Source of the DNA: Clostridiales bacterium
Lineage (GTDB): Bacteria > Bacillota > Clostridia > Oscillospirales > UBA644
Direction of reading: 5' to 3'
Assembly: GCA_016281915.1 (NCBI GenBank)
Contig: JAEEJO010000077.1
Span: forward strand, 65,508-129,507
Length of the DNA stretch: 64,000 nt
The notes under the pieces were generated by a model that was given only the letters and a program-made list of their open reading frames with translations, was not told where the DNA came from and made no database searches. Below are positions 26,079-34,725 of the stretch, piece by piece. The position numbers and the translations under genes are program-made. Numbering within the stretch: the first letter of the stretch is position 1; every line of letters starts with the position of its first letter.

Positions 26079-26870
26079 ATGAACTCCAACAAGTACGCAG
26101 CGCAGCTTTACTGCTTCAGCAGTGTTACAGCTCCTGATCTTCCCGAAAAACTTGATGCTCTTGCAAAAGCAGGTTATGAAGGAATTGAATTCTGCGGCGG
26201 TTTTGACAAAGATCCCCAGGAACTCAACGCAATAATGAAAAAAGCAGGGCTTAAACTGATCAGCTGGCATATAGGAATTGAACGCATTCTCCCCGATCAG
26301 TTTGATGCTACGGTAGCTTATCTTAAAGCTCTTGATTGTCACAGCGCAGTTGTTCCCGGACTTCCCGGTCATATGACCGGCGATGCTGAGGCTTGGAAAA
26401 AAACTGCAGAACTATTCGATCAGCTCTCAGAAAAACTTAAACCGCACGGAATCAAACTCGGCTATCACAACCATCAGTGGGAATTCAGTAAATATCCTGA
26501 CGGTACGTGCCCGTTTTCTGTATTTTTTGATAATACAGACTCTTCAATTACCTGTCAGGTCGATATCGGTCATGCTCTTAACGGCAGGGGAATGTCTCTT
26601 GATGAAATATTCAGCCGTTATCACGGTAGATTCAATTCCGTTCATCTTAAACCCTACAGCCTTTCACTAGGTGCTGAAGACCATGGAAAAGGATATCAGA
26701 CATATGTCGGTGAAGACGATATTCCGTGGAAAAATGTTTTAACAACACTTAAGAATGACGGAAGCGTTGATTGGTATATAGTTGAACTTGAATATTCCGG
26801 AGAAAAGGGTCCCATCAGAGTTCTTACCGATGCTATAAACTATCTGAAAAACTGCGAAAAACAGATCTGA
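26079..26870 (+). CDS. sugar phosphate isomerase/epimerase (xylose-isomerase-like TIM barrel)
   Basis: 263 aa with AKAGYEGIEF, LGYHNH, DIGH and YIVELE blocks typical of the family. Confidence 0.8.
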   Translation: MNSNKYAAQLYCFSSVTAPDLPEKLDALAKAGYEGIEFCGGFDKDPQELNAIMKKAGLKLISWHIGIERILPDQFDATVAYLKALDCHSAVVPGLPGHMTGDAEAWKKTAELFDQLSEKLKPHGIKLGYHNHQWEFSKYPDGTCPFSVFFDNTDSSITCQVDIGHALNGRGMSLDEIFSRYHGRFNSVHLKPYSLSLGAEDHGKGYQTYVGEDDIPWKNVLTTLKNDGSVDWYIVELEYSGEKGPIRVLTDAINYLKNCEKQI

Positions 26871-26876
26871 GTGAAA

Positions 26877-26915
26877 AAAACGGATTTCCGGTGATAACCG
26901 TGAGATCCGTTTTTC
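26877..26915 (+). terminator. rho-independent terminator
   Basis: AAAACGGAT...ATCCGTTTT stem with an inner CGGT/ACCG helix, followed by a T-run. Confidence 0.55.
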
Positions 26916-26984
26916 ATTTGTTTCCTTCGCAGGCAGTTTCCAACCTGAACTGCACCGAAAAAGTCCGCTTGATAATATATGAGA

Positions 26985-27027
26985 AAATACCGACGTATCT
27001 TTCTGTAAGATCATCGGTATTTTTTTG
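26985..27027. terminator. second hairpin with flanking A/T runs between convergent genes
   Basis: AATACCGACG...CATCGGTATT stem (one mismatch) followed by T7. Confidence 0.45.
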
Positions 27028-27053
27028 CGATTATTTGATTTTCATGTATAGTT

Positions 27054-27758
27054 TCATGTATTTTTCATTTTAAGAAATTCATATGCTTCTGTTACCGTTG
27101 CGTCACGGTAGGTGTATGCAATATAAACTCCGATTACCGGTATCAATAAAGCCAGCAAATACCAGCCCGCGAATGAAAGATCCAATGTAAATAATCGGAA
27201 CTTGTAGCCTTTTGTGATCTCCTTGCTCTTTTTCAGCGCATCTTTCCAATCCATGCCATTGTACTCTGCGATGATCTGGGGAACAAAATAATAGGCATAT
27301 GAATAATAAATTCCCGGTATTATAAGTAATGATCCGCATAACAGTATCAGATTTCTCATAAGCATTGTTTTGAATACGTTTGGATAGAAATCGTTCCTGA
27401 AAACTACAAAAACACTTGATGCTCTGAATGTGTCCTTTTTTGCATTCAAATAATAATTGGCTTTCGCCGCATGCATAGGTCCGACGAAGAAAACAGAAAA
27501 AACGATAAGCAGCAAAACGATTGCTGTCATTGAGATCGCATAGAGGAAATCTCTGTTTACAGTGTCGGTCGTAAATCCGATCCTTTCAGGTTTAAAATAA
27601 ATATTATTCGGATCATAAAATATGAAAGTCAAAATAAAAGCAAGGTCGGCACCGAATCGTCCGGTTACTGTATGAAACACAAATGAGAAAAGGACTGCGG
27701 AAAAAAAATTCTTACTTAAAACTTTTTTTGCGTTTGATTTTAATTCGCTTCTGTTCAT
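27054..27758 (-). CDS. DUF975 family membrane protein
   Basis: 234 aa with a typical MNRSELKSNAKKVLSKNFF N-terminus and multiple TM helices. Confidence 0.8.
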   Translation of the reverse strand: MNRSELKSNAKKVLSKNFFSAVLFSFVFHTVTGRFGADLAFILTFIFYDPNNIYFKPERIGFTTDTVNRDFLYAISMTAIVLLLIVFSVFFVGPMHAAKANYYLNAKKDTFRASSVFVVFRNDFYPNVFKTMLMRNLILLCGSLLIIPGIYYSYAYYFVPQIIAEYNGMDWKDALKKSKEITKGYKFRLFTLDLSFAGWYLLALLIPVIGVYIAYTYRDATVTEAYEFLKMKNT

Positions 27759-27771
27759 TTATATCTCCTGA

Positions 27772-27818
27772 AGTAATAAAATAAATCGGTCACCTACGAA
27801 TAAGTAGATGACCGATTT
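27772..27818 (-). terminator. rho-independent terminator after tRNA-Pro
   Basis: 10-bp stem AAATCGGTCA/TGACCGATTT (27783-27792/27809-27818). On the minus strand it is followed by AUUUUAUUA. Confidence 0.6.
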
Positions 27819-27819
27819 A

Positions 27820-27896
27820 TGGTCCGAGCGGCGGGAGTTGAACCCACGGCCTCTTGAACCCCATTCAAGCGCGCTACCAAACTGCGCTACGCCCGG
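27820..27896 (-). tRNA. tRNA-Pro (anticodon GGG), CCA encoded
   Basis: The 77-nt cloverleaf folds by hand: acceptor CCGGGCG/CGCTCGG (one G-U), D arm GCGC/GCGC, anticodon arm CTTGA-ATGGGGT-TCAAG, T arm GTGGG-TTCAACT-CCCGC. Confidence 0.9.
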
Positions 27897-27907
27897 ACAG
27901 GGGAAAA

Positions 27908-27983
<76 letters not shown>

Positions 27984-28016
27984 ACTAATCAGTTGGGTCT
28001 TTTAGAACGCTTTGAC

Positions 28017-28045
28017 ATTATACTACATTTTTTCCCTTTTGTCAA
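28017..28045 (-). promoter_or_regulatory. consensus sigma-A promoter driving tRNA-Thr/tRNA-Pro
   Basis: On the minus strand: TTGACA (28045-28040), 17 nt, TATAAT (28022-28017). Confidence 0.65.
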
Positions 28046-28242
28046 CCCCTTTCCTGAAAATTTTTTATTTTTCGTTATAACATTCCTCGATTTTAACAAA
28101 TTGTGAATTTTTATTCGCACAACTTGTATTATATCTGAAAATATGTTATAATTTCGCAGAATCAGAAATGCGGTAGTTATATACGCAAAAAAATCATACT
28201 GTGAATTCATACTATTCCAATAAGTGTAAGGAGATCATTAAT

Positions 28243-29433
28243 ATGGAAAGAAGAGTCGGAACCGTTTCACGCGGAATTCGCGCCCCGATAATACGAGAAG
28301 GCGATGATCTTGTGTCTATCGTTGCAACCTCCGTTCTTGAGGCGGCAAAAAGCGAAGGGTTTGAACTCAGAGATAAAGACGTTGTTGCCGTAACCGAAGC
28401 CGTAGTTGCAAGGGCGCAGGGAAATTATGCTTCCATAGACGCTATAGCGGCGGATGTTTCCGCAAAACTCGGTGGGGGAGAGATAGGCGTTATATTCCCT
28501 ATACTCAGCAGAAACCGTTTTGCTATTTGTCTTAAAGGTATTGCAAAGGGTGCAAAGAAGATTTATCTCATGCTCAGCTATCCTTCAGATGAAGTCGGAA
28601 ATCATCTTGTAGACGTTGATATGCTTGATGAAAAAAACGTAAATCCTTATACCGATGTTCTTACCCTTGAAAAATACCGTGAGCTTTTTGGTGAAAACAA
28701 GCATCCCTTTACCGGTGTTGACTATGTTGATTACTATTCTGATCTTATTCGCTCATGCGGAGCAGACGTAGAGGTAATCTTTGCCAATAATCCTAAAACG
28801 ATACTTAATTATACAAAAAAAGTTCTTGCGTGTGATATCCATACACGTAAACGCACAAAACGCCTTCTTAAGGCAGCAGGTGCAGAAACTGTTCTCGGAC
28901 TTGACGATATTTTAACTGCCCCCGTAAACGGAAGCGGATTCAACGCTGAATTCGGTCTTCTCGGTTCAAACAAAGCTACTGAAGATAAGGTCAAGCTCTT
29001 CCCGAAAGACTGCGCCGAATTTGTCAATGCCGTTCAGGAAAAGCTTATAAATGCAACTGGCAAACATATCGAGGTTATGATTTACGGCGACGGTGCATTC
29101 AAAGATCCCGTCGGAAAGATCTGGGAGCTCGCCGATCCTGTCGTATCGCCTGCATTTACTTCAGGACTTGAAGGAACGCCGAATGAAATCAAGATCAAGT
29201 ATATCGCCGATAATCAGTATGCCGATCTTAAGGGTGAAGCGCTCAAACAGGCGGTAAGCGAATATATAAAACATAAAGATTCAAATCTTGTCGGCTCTAT
29301 GGCATCTCAGGGAACGACCCCCAGACGTCTTACAGACCTTATCGGTTCTCTTTGCGACCTTACGTCAGGCAGCGGTGATAAAGGAACTCCGATAATCCTG
29401 ATTCAGGGCTACTTTGATAACTATACAAACTGA
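28243..29433 (+). CDS. CofE-like (F420-0:gamma-glutamyl ligase family) protein, long form
   Basis: ATG 28243 follows AAGGAG. 396 aa with N-terminal block VSRGIRAPIIREGDDL and GDGAFKDP. The family call is from memory of Clostridial annotations and is tentative. Confidence 0.65.
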   Translation: MERRVGTVSRGIRAPIIREGDDLVSIVATSVLEAAKSEGFELRDKDVVAVTEAVVARAQGNYASIDAIAADVSAKLGGGEIGVIFPILSRNRFAICLKGIAKGAKKIYLMLSYPSDEVGNHLVDVDMLDEKNVNPYTDVLTLEKYRELFGENKHPFTGVDYVDYYSDLIRSCGADVEVIFANNPKTILNYTKKVLACDIHTRKRTKRLLKAAGAETVLGLDDILTAPVNGSGFNAEFGLLGSNKATEDKVKLFPKDCAEFVNAVQEKLINATGKHIEVMIYGDGAFKDPVGKIWELADPVVSPAFTSGLEGTPNEIKIKYIADNQYADLKGEALKQAVSEYIKHKDSNLVGSMASQGTTPRRLTDLIGSLCDLTSGSGDKGTPIILIQGYFDNYTN

Positions 29434-29446
29434 TATGAACCAACAT

Positions 29447-29481
29447 GAGGATGAAGCGCGGGCTTCATCCTCTATTTTTTT
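29447..29481 (+). terminator. rho-independent terminator
   Basis: 11-bp stem GAGGATGAAGC/GCTTCATCCTC with loop GCGG, then TATTTTTTT. Confidence 0.75.
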
Positions 29482-29510
29482 GAACATTTTTAGGAATCTG
29501 AAAAAAAGAC

Positions 29511-29538
29511 TTGAAAAAAAATTTTTTTTATGTATAAT
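29511..29538 (+). promoter_or_regulatory. sigma-A type promoter of the marR-ABC operon
   Basis: TTGAAA (29511-29516), 16 nt, TATAAT (29533-29538). Confidence 0.55.
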
Positions 29539-29541
29539 ACT

Positions 29542-29559
29542 TAGTTAGTTAACTAACTA
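29542..29559. promoter_or_regulatory. perfect 18-bp palindrome, candidate MarR operator
   Basis: TAGTTAGTTAACTAACTA is its own reverse complement. It starts 4 nt after the -10 box and lies 24 nt upstream of the marR start. Confidence 0.55.
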
Positions 29560-29582
29560 TATGACGAAAGGAGTATCTTCTT

Positions 29583-30056
29583 TTGAAAAAAATCGAAAAC
29601 GGACCGCATGACTGTGAATTGCGTGACGGCATGCCGCTCGGCATGATGCTTACCAAGGTCGCGCACTGTAACGATAATGTCATCAAGGAAGAGCTTGATG
29701 CCATAGGCGCACAGAAAGCGTTCGGCGGGGTATTGATGCATATAGCGCATCATGACGGGATCATGCAGTCGGATCTCGCCAAACATATGAATTTTACCGC
29801 TCCAACAATCAGCGTTACGGTTCAGAAGCTTGAAGAAAACGGTTATATCGTTCGTGAAGCCGATGTGTCAGATCAGCGTAAATTCCGCATACGATTGACT
29901 GAAAAGGGAATCGAAATGACAGAAAAGATCCGCCGGACTTTTGCAAAATGCGAAAACGTTCTTGCCAAAGGTTTTTCCGATGAAGAGCTCCGCACGATCC
30001 GCGCTCTTCTAATAAAAATGTATACAAATATCTCGGAGGATAAAACAAAAGAATGA
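29583..30056 (+). CDS. MarR family transcriptional regulator
   Basis: 157 aa from a TTG start after AAAGGAG. Winged-HTH block QSDLAKHMNFTAPTISVTVQKLEENGYIVRE...DQRKFRIRLTEKG is present. Confidence 0.85.
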   Translation: MKKIENGPHDCELRDGMPLGMMLTKVAHCNDNVIKEELDAIGAQKAFGGVLMHIAHHDGIMQSDLAKHMNFTAPTISVTVQKLEENGYIVREADVSDQRKFRIRLTEKGIEMTEKIRRTFAKCENVLAKGFSDEELRTIRALLIKMYTNISEDKTKE

Positions 30057-31804
30057 AATTATCAAAATATATCAAGCCTTATATCGTCTTCATGATACTT
30101 TCGCCTCTGTTTATGCTTGTCGAAGTATTTATGGACCTTCTCCAGCCAACGCTGATGTCCGTAATAGTGGATGACGGTATTCTTGCCATGAATGAGGCGG
30201 GTCAGATATCGTCTGATATGAATATCATTATTTTTACCAGCATAAAAATGCTGATATGCGCTCTCGTCGGGATGATAGGGGGCGTTGGCTGCACTTATTT
30301 TTCATCTGTTTCTTCACAGAACTTCGGCGCAGACCTTCGCGCAGATGTTTTCAGAAAAATAGCTCATTTTTCATTCGCAGAAACGGATAAATTTACAACC
30401 GGTTCTCTTGTTACAAGAACCACCAACGATGTTACTCAGCTTCAGAATCTTGTAATGATGGCTTTACGTATGTTCGTCAGAACCCCAATGCTCTGCTTCG
30501 GCGGCATTGTAATGGCGCTCTCCATTAATCTCAGATTCGGTCTTATTCTTCTTGTCACTCTTCCTGTAATGATTCTTCTTATTGCCCTGATAATCAAAAA
30601 CGCTAATCCGTTTTTCACAAAGGTGCAGGAGAAAATTGATAAGCTTAACGGTATAATGCAGGAAAATCTTTCGGGTGTCCGCGTAGTAAAGGCGTATGTC
30701 AGAGAAGACTACGAAACAGAAAAATTCGAAAGCGCAAACTACGATCTTGCAAAAACAACGCTTACCGTTTCACGGCTTATGGCTGTTCTGTCTCCTGTTA
30801 TGATGCTCATTATGAACGCCACAACGATTGCCGTCATCTATTTCGGTGCGTTACAGGTCAATGAAGGTATTATCGGCGTCGGCGAAGTAATGGCGGTAGT
30901 AACGTATATGGCTCAGATACTCATGAGCATGATGATGATGTCCATGATGTTTATGGCTGTCTCAAGAGGTAAAGCATCGTATGACAGAATCAAAGCCGTT
31001 ATGGAAACAGATCCGTCTGTCGTATCCGGTTCAAGCGATGCAACGGTTAAAAACGGAACTATAGAGTTCAAAGACGTGTCTTTCAGATACCCATTCGCAG
31101 TTGGAGAACCTGTGATCAGGCATATCAACCTCAAAATAAACGCAGGCGAAACGGTAGCGTTTCTTGGTTCGACAGGTTCGGGAAAAAGCTCTCTTGTAAA
31201 TCTTATTCCGCATTTTTATGATGCTACCGAAGGCGCAGTCCTTGTCGACGGAGTAAATGTGAATGACTACAATCTCGATAATCTCAGAGCGGGAATAGGT
31301 ATGGTTCTGCAAGAGGCAGTCCTTTTCAGCGGAACTATCATGGAAAACATCAAATGGGGCGATCCTGACGCAACCGATGAAGAAGCTATCGAAGCCGCGA
31401 AAACTGCGCAGGCTGATGATTTTATTTCATCTCTTCCGGACGGATACAATACAATGCTCGGTCAGCGCGGCCTAACGCTTTCTGGCGGACAAAAGCAGCG
31501 TCTCTCAATTTCAAGAGCAGTTCTGAAAAAGCCTAAAATCCTGATCCTTGACGATTCTACGTCAGCGCTCGATATGGGTACTGAATCGCGGCTTCAAAGC
31601 GCTCTGAAGGTCAAGATGAAGGGCATGACGTCTTTGATAATTGCACAGCGCATATCATCTGTTATGTATGCCGACAAAATCGTAGTACTCGACAAAGGCG
31701 AAATTTCCGCCGTCGGCACACATGACGAGCTACTCAAAACAAGCGACATTTATAAGGATATTTACGATTCTCAGATGGGACAGGGGGGTGCAGACAATGT
31801 CTGA
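30053..31804 (+). CDS. ABC exporter, fused permease/ATPase (heterodimer half 1)
   Basis: 583 aa with 6 TM helices and an NBD: Walker A GSTGSGKSS, signature LSGGQKQR, Walker B ILILDDS. Confidence 0.9.
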   Translation: MKLSKYIKPYIVFMILSPLFMLVEVFMDLLQPTLMSVIVDDGILAMNEAGQISSDMNIIIFTSIKMLICALVGMIGGVGCTYFSSVSSQNFGADLRADVFRKIAHFSFAETDKFTTGSLVTRTTNDVTQLQNLVMMALRMFVRTPMLCFGGIVMALSINLRFGLILLVTLPVMILLIALIIKNANPFFTKVQEKIDKLNGIMQENLSGVRVVKAYVREDYETEKFESANYDLAKTTLTVSRLMAVLSPVMMLIMNATTIAVIYFGALQVNEGIIGVGEVMAVVTYMAQILMSMMMMSMMFMAVSRGKASYDRIKAVMETDPSVVSGSSDATVKNGTIEFKDVSFRYPFAVGEPVIRHINLKINAGETVAFLGSTGSGKSSLVNLIPHFYDATEGAVLVDGVNVNDYNLDNLRAGIGMVLQEAVLFSGTIMENIKWGDPDATDEEAIEAAKTAQADDFISSLPDGYNTMLGQRGLTLSGGQKQRLSISRAVLKKPKILILDDSTSALDMGTESRLQSALKVKMKGMTSLIIAQRISSVMYADKIVVLDKGEISAVGTHDELLKTSDIYKDIYDSQMGQGGADNV

Positions 31805-33653
31805 AAACAGAAATAACAATTCGTCCAGAGCTTCTGTTCGCGGTCCCGGAGTAGGTCCCGGAATGAGAGGACCGTTGCAGGTTGAAAAGCCGAAGGATAC
31901 CAAAAACACCCTCAAAAGATTATTCAGATATCTCGGCGCGAGCAGATATAAGCTTCTCGCTCTTGTGATTCTTGTTATTTTGACAGCTCTTACACAGCTC
32001 GTCGCACCTATATTCCAGAAAAATGCGATAGACAGCATCGCAATAACTGAAAGCAATCCTTCAGTTAATTTCAATTCTCTAACATTCTCGCTGATAGGAA
32101 TGGCAGGCATTTATCTTATCGGTGTTGTGTTCAACTTTTTACAGGGTTGGATAGGCGCAGGTCTTTCTCAAAAAACAGTACGGATTCTCAGAAGCGATAT
32201 GTTTTCCAAGATGTCAAAGCTGCCGGTAAAATATTTTGATACCAATACCCACGGCGAGCTTATGAGCCGTCTGACAAACGATATAGATAACGTCTCAAAC
32301 GCTCTTTCGCAAACGATAACGTCTATAATACAAAGCGTTATCACCATTATAGGCGCGTTGGCTATGATGCTCTATTACAGCCCGATCATGACTATTGTTT
32401 CTCTCCTTGTGATCCCGCTTGTTCTTTTTGTAACACGTTCCATCGTCAAGAGAACACGTGTTCTCTTCAAAAAGCAGCAGGAAGCTCTCGGCAGATTGAA
32501 CGGTCACGTTGAAGAGATGGTTACGGGACAGAAAACGGTAGAAGCATTTTCAAGAACAAATATCGTAGTAGCTGAATTCGACGAAATCAATAAAGATCTT
32601 CGCAAATACAGCGTCAAAGCCCAGATTTTCGGCGGAACGATAGGTCCCGTAATGAATGTTATAGGCAATATCAGTTTCGTGCTTGTTGCAATCTCCGGCG
32701 GTGTTCTTGCAAGCATGGGAATGATCACAGTTGGCGTTATCCAGGCATTTGTTCAGTATTCAAAACAGTTTACGAGACCCATAAATGAGGTGGCAAACCA
32801 GTACAGCACCATTCAGTCTGCTCTTTCGAGCGCAGAACGTGTTTTTGATGTTATGGATCAGATACCGGAGAGCGATGATTTCGCCGATAAGCAGTTTGAT
32901 GTTGCTTCCGTAAAAGGAGATGTTGTTTTCAAAAACGTCAACTTCGGCTATACTCCGGAAAAACAGGTTCTTAAAGACTTCACCATCAACGTTAAGGCGG
33001 GTCAGAAGATCGCTCTTGTCGGACCTACCGGCGCAGGTAAAACCACAGTCGTCAATCTGATCACCAGGTTTTACGATATAGATTCGGGTGAGATACTTCT
33101 TGACGGCGAAAATATTTTTGAACTTCCCAAAAAAGGACTCAGAAGCTGTATAGGTATAGTTTTGCAGGATACCGTTCTTTTTACCGGAACGATTAAGGAT
33201 AATATCCGTTTCGGCAGACTTGATGCAACGGATGAAGAGATTTATGCCGCTGCCAAAACGGCAAATGCCGACAGCTTCATCAGAAGGCTTCCCGACGGAT
33301 ACGATACACAGCTTTCCGAGCAGGGATCTAACCTTTCTCAGGGCCAGAGACAGCTTCTTTCAATTGCAAGAGCCGTTCTGGCGGATCCCAAGATTCTTAT
33401 TCTCGACGAAGCAACATCGTCGATTGATACAAGGACCGAGATGAATATTCAGAAGGCAATGATAAGGCTAATGAAGGGAAAAACAAGCTTTATTATAGCA
33501 CACAGACTTTCTACGATTCGTGATGCCGACGATATCCTCGTTATCGATGCGGGCAGGATCGTTGAGAAAGGCGACCATAAATCTCTTCTTGAACAGAAGG
33601 GTCATTACTGGCAGCTTTATCAGTCTCAGTTTACTCGCAGCGATGCGGTATGA
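31797..33653 (+). CDS. ABC exporter, fused permease/ATPase (heterodimer half 2)
   Basis: ATG 31797 overlaps the previous stop (ATGTCTGA). Walker A is GPTGAGKTT, signature LSQGQRQL, Walker B ILILDEATS. Confidence 0.9.
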   Translation: MSENRNNNSSRASVRGPGVGPGMRGPLQVEKPKDTKNTLKRLFRYLGASRYKLLALVILVILTALTQLVAPIFQKNAIDSIAITESNPSVNFNSLTFSLIGMAGIYLIGVVFNFLQGWIGAGLSQKTVRILRSDMFSKMSKLPVKYFDTNTHGELMSRLTNDIDNVSNALSQTITSIIQSVITIIGALAMMLYYSPIMTIVSLLVIPLVLFVTRSIVKRTRVLFKKQQEALGRLNGHVEEMVTGQKTVEAFSRTNIVVAEFDEINKDLRKYSVKAQIFGGTIGPVMNVIGNISFVLVAISGGVLASMGMITVGVIQAFVQYSKQFTRPINEVANQYSTIQSALSSAERVFDVMDQIPESDDFADKQFDVASVKGDVVFKNVNFGYTPEKQVLKDFTINVKAGQKIALVGPTGAGKTTVVNLITRFYDIDSGEILLDGENIFELPKKGLRSCIGIVLQDTVLFTGTIKDNIRFGRLDATDEEIYAAAKTANADSFIRRLPDGYDTQLSEQGSNLSQGQRQLLSIARAVLADPKILILDEATSSIDTRTEMNIQKAMIRLMKGKTSFIIAHRLSTIRDADDILVIDAGRIVEKGDHKSLLEQKGHYWQLYQSQFTRSDAV

Positions 33654-33699
33654 CTTGACGTTTTTGCTATGACAAAAATGTGAATCTTTCTATTTGGGA

Positions 33700-33728
33700 T
33701 TGACAAAGTATTATCGTTGTGGTATTAT
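33700..33728 (+). promoter_or_regulatory. sigma-A type promoter
   Basis: TTGACA (33700-33705), 17 nt, TATTAT (33723-33728) preceded by TGg. Confidence 0.55.
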
Positions 33729-33771
33729 TAATAAAGAAAGTCGAATCTCATGAACAGTGAGGTGAAGTGGA

Positions 33772-34686
33772 TTGAACGGAAGATCTCTCAGCGAACCGAT
33801 GACGATCGGCGTAATCGCCGTCGTTTGTGTTGCGTTTGTTCTTTCTGTTTTCTGCTTCGCCTCTTTTTTCGTTTTGAACAGGCCTGAAACAACCGATAAT
33901 AATAATCAGAACGATACAAACATAGTCAACCAGGATCCTGTAAACGAGTATGAAGGCGTGGATCCCGAAACCGTTGCTAAAATAGAGGCATTAAAGAGTG
34001 AAATTGCCGTATACGATAAAATTCTCGCATCAAAGTATATGCTACTGGTAAATAAAGAGCATCCGATTCCTCAGGATTTTGCTCAAACGTCTCTTATAGA
34101 TACGGAATCGAACCCCGCACTTAAGCTTGATGCAGTTGCTGCAGTTAAAATACAGGAATTTATCAATGCGGCTAAGCAGGAAGGGTATACGTGCAAAGTC
34201 ATAGCGGGATACAGAACGTATTCCGATCAGGAATCTGCTTATAACTATGCATATCAGAGCGAGATCAACGCTGGCTATACTGCAGAGGAAGCTGAGGCAC
34301 GCATAGGACTTTCTGTTGCAAAGCCTGGTTACAGCGAATTTGAAACTGGGTATACCGTATGCATTGCGGAAAATTCTTCTGTGACCAAGGATGAAATGGT
34401 TTCTTCCGAACTGTATAAATATATATCCGAAAATATTTATAAATACGGCTTCATTTTACGTTACCCTGAAGGCAAGCAGGATATTACAGGATATGAGTTC
34501 GACCCGTTCTGCTACCGATATATCGGTGATGAGGGTGTTTCAGAGGGCGTTTTATCAATGAGTCATGCTCAGTATATTTATGAAAAGAATTTCTCGTTTG
34601 AGGAATATATTGATTATCTAACTGCCAAGCGTGCATACGCTGTGCAGAATCTGAATGTATCTTCTGCTGATATAGATCGGCATTAA
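33772..34686 (+). CDS. M15B (VanY/LdcB-like D,D- or L,D-carboxypeptidase fold) protein with substituted zinc ligands
   Basis: 304 aa with an N-terminal TM anchor. Family blocks are LLVNKEHPIP, IAGYRTYSDQ and YGFILRYPEGKQDITGYE. The motif positions read SEFETGYTVC and DPFCYRYIG instead of SEHQTGxAxD and EPWHxRYVG. Confidence 0.8.
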   Translation: MNGRSLSEPMTIGVIAVVCVAFVLSVFCFASFFVLNRPETTDNNNQNDTNIVNQDPVNEYEGVDPETVAKIEALKSEIAVYDKILASKYMLLVNKEHPIPQDFAQTSLIDTESNPALKLDAVAAVKIQEFINAAKQEGYTCKVIAGYRTYSDQESAYNYAYQSEINAGYTAEEAEARIGLSVAKPGYSEFETGYTVCIAENSSVTKDEMVSSELYKYISENIYKYGFILRYPEGKQDITGYEFDPFCYRYIGDEGVSEGVLSMSHAQYIYEKNFSFEEYIDYLTAKRAYAVQNLNVSSADIDRH

Positions 34687-34725
34687 GATTATAAATAAAT
34701 CATTTTTTTAAAAGAAGGTGCTCTT

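Noticed and set aside
31722-31796. N-terminal extensions suggested by the ORF track (31722, 62506, 28201, 22158, 36450, 10536, 11428, 62575)
   Set aside because: In each case a downstream ATG has a proper RBS and/or overlaps the preceding stop. The extension adds non-conserved sequence or overlaps the neighbouring gene.
33654-33699. AU-rich hairpin (CGTTTTTG/CAAAAATG) after the ABC exporter as a terminator
   Set aside because: The stem has 8 bp including a G-U pair and almost no G-C content. No T-run follows, so it is too weak to call.
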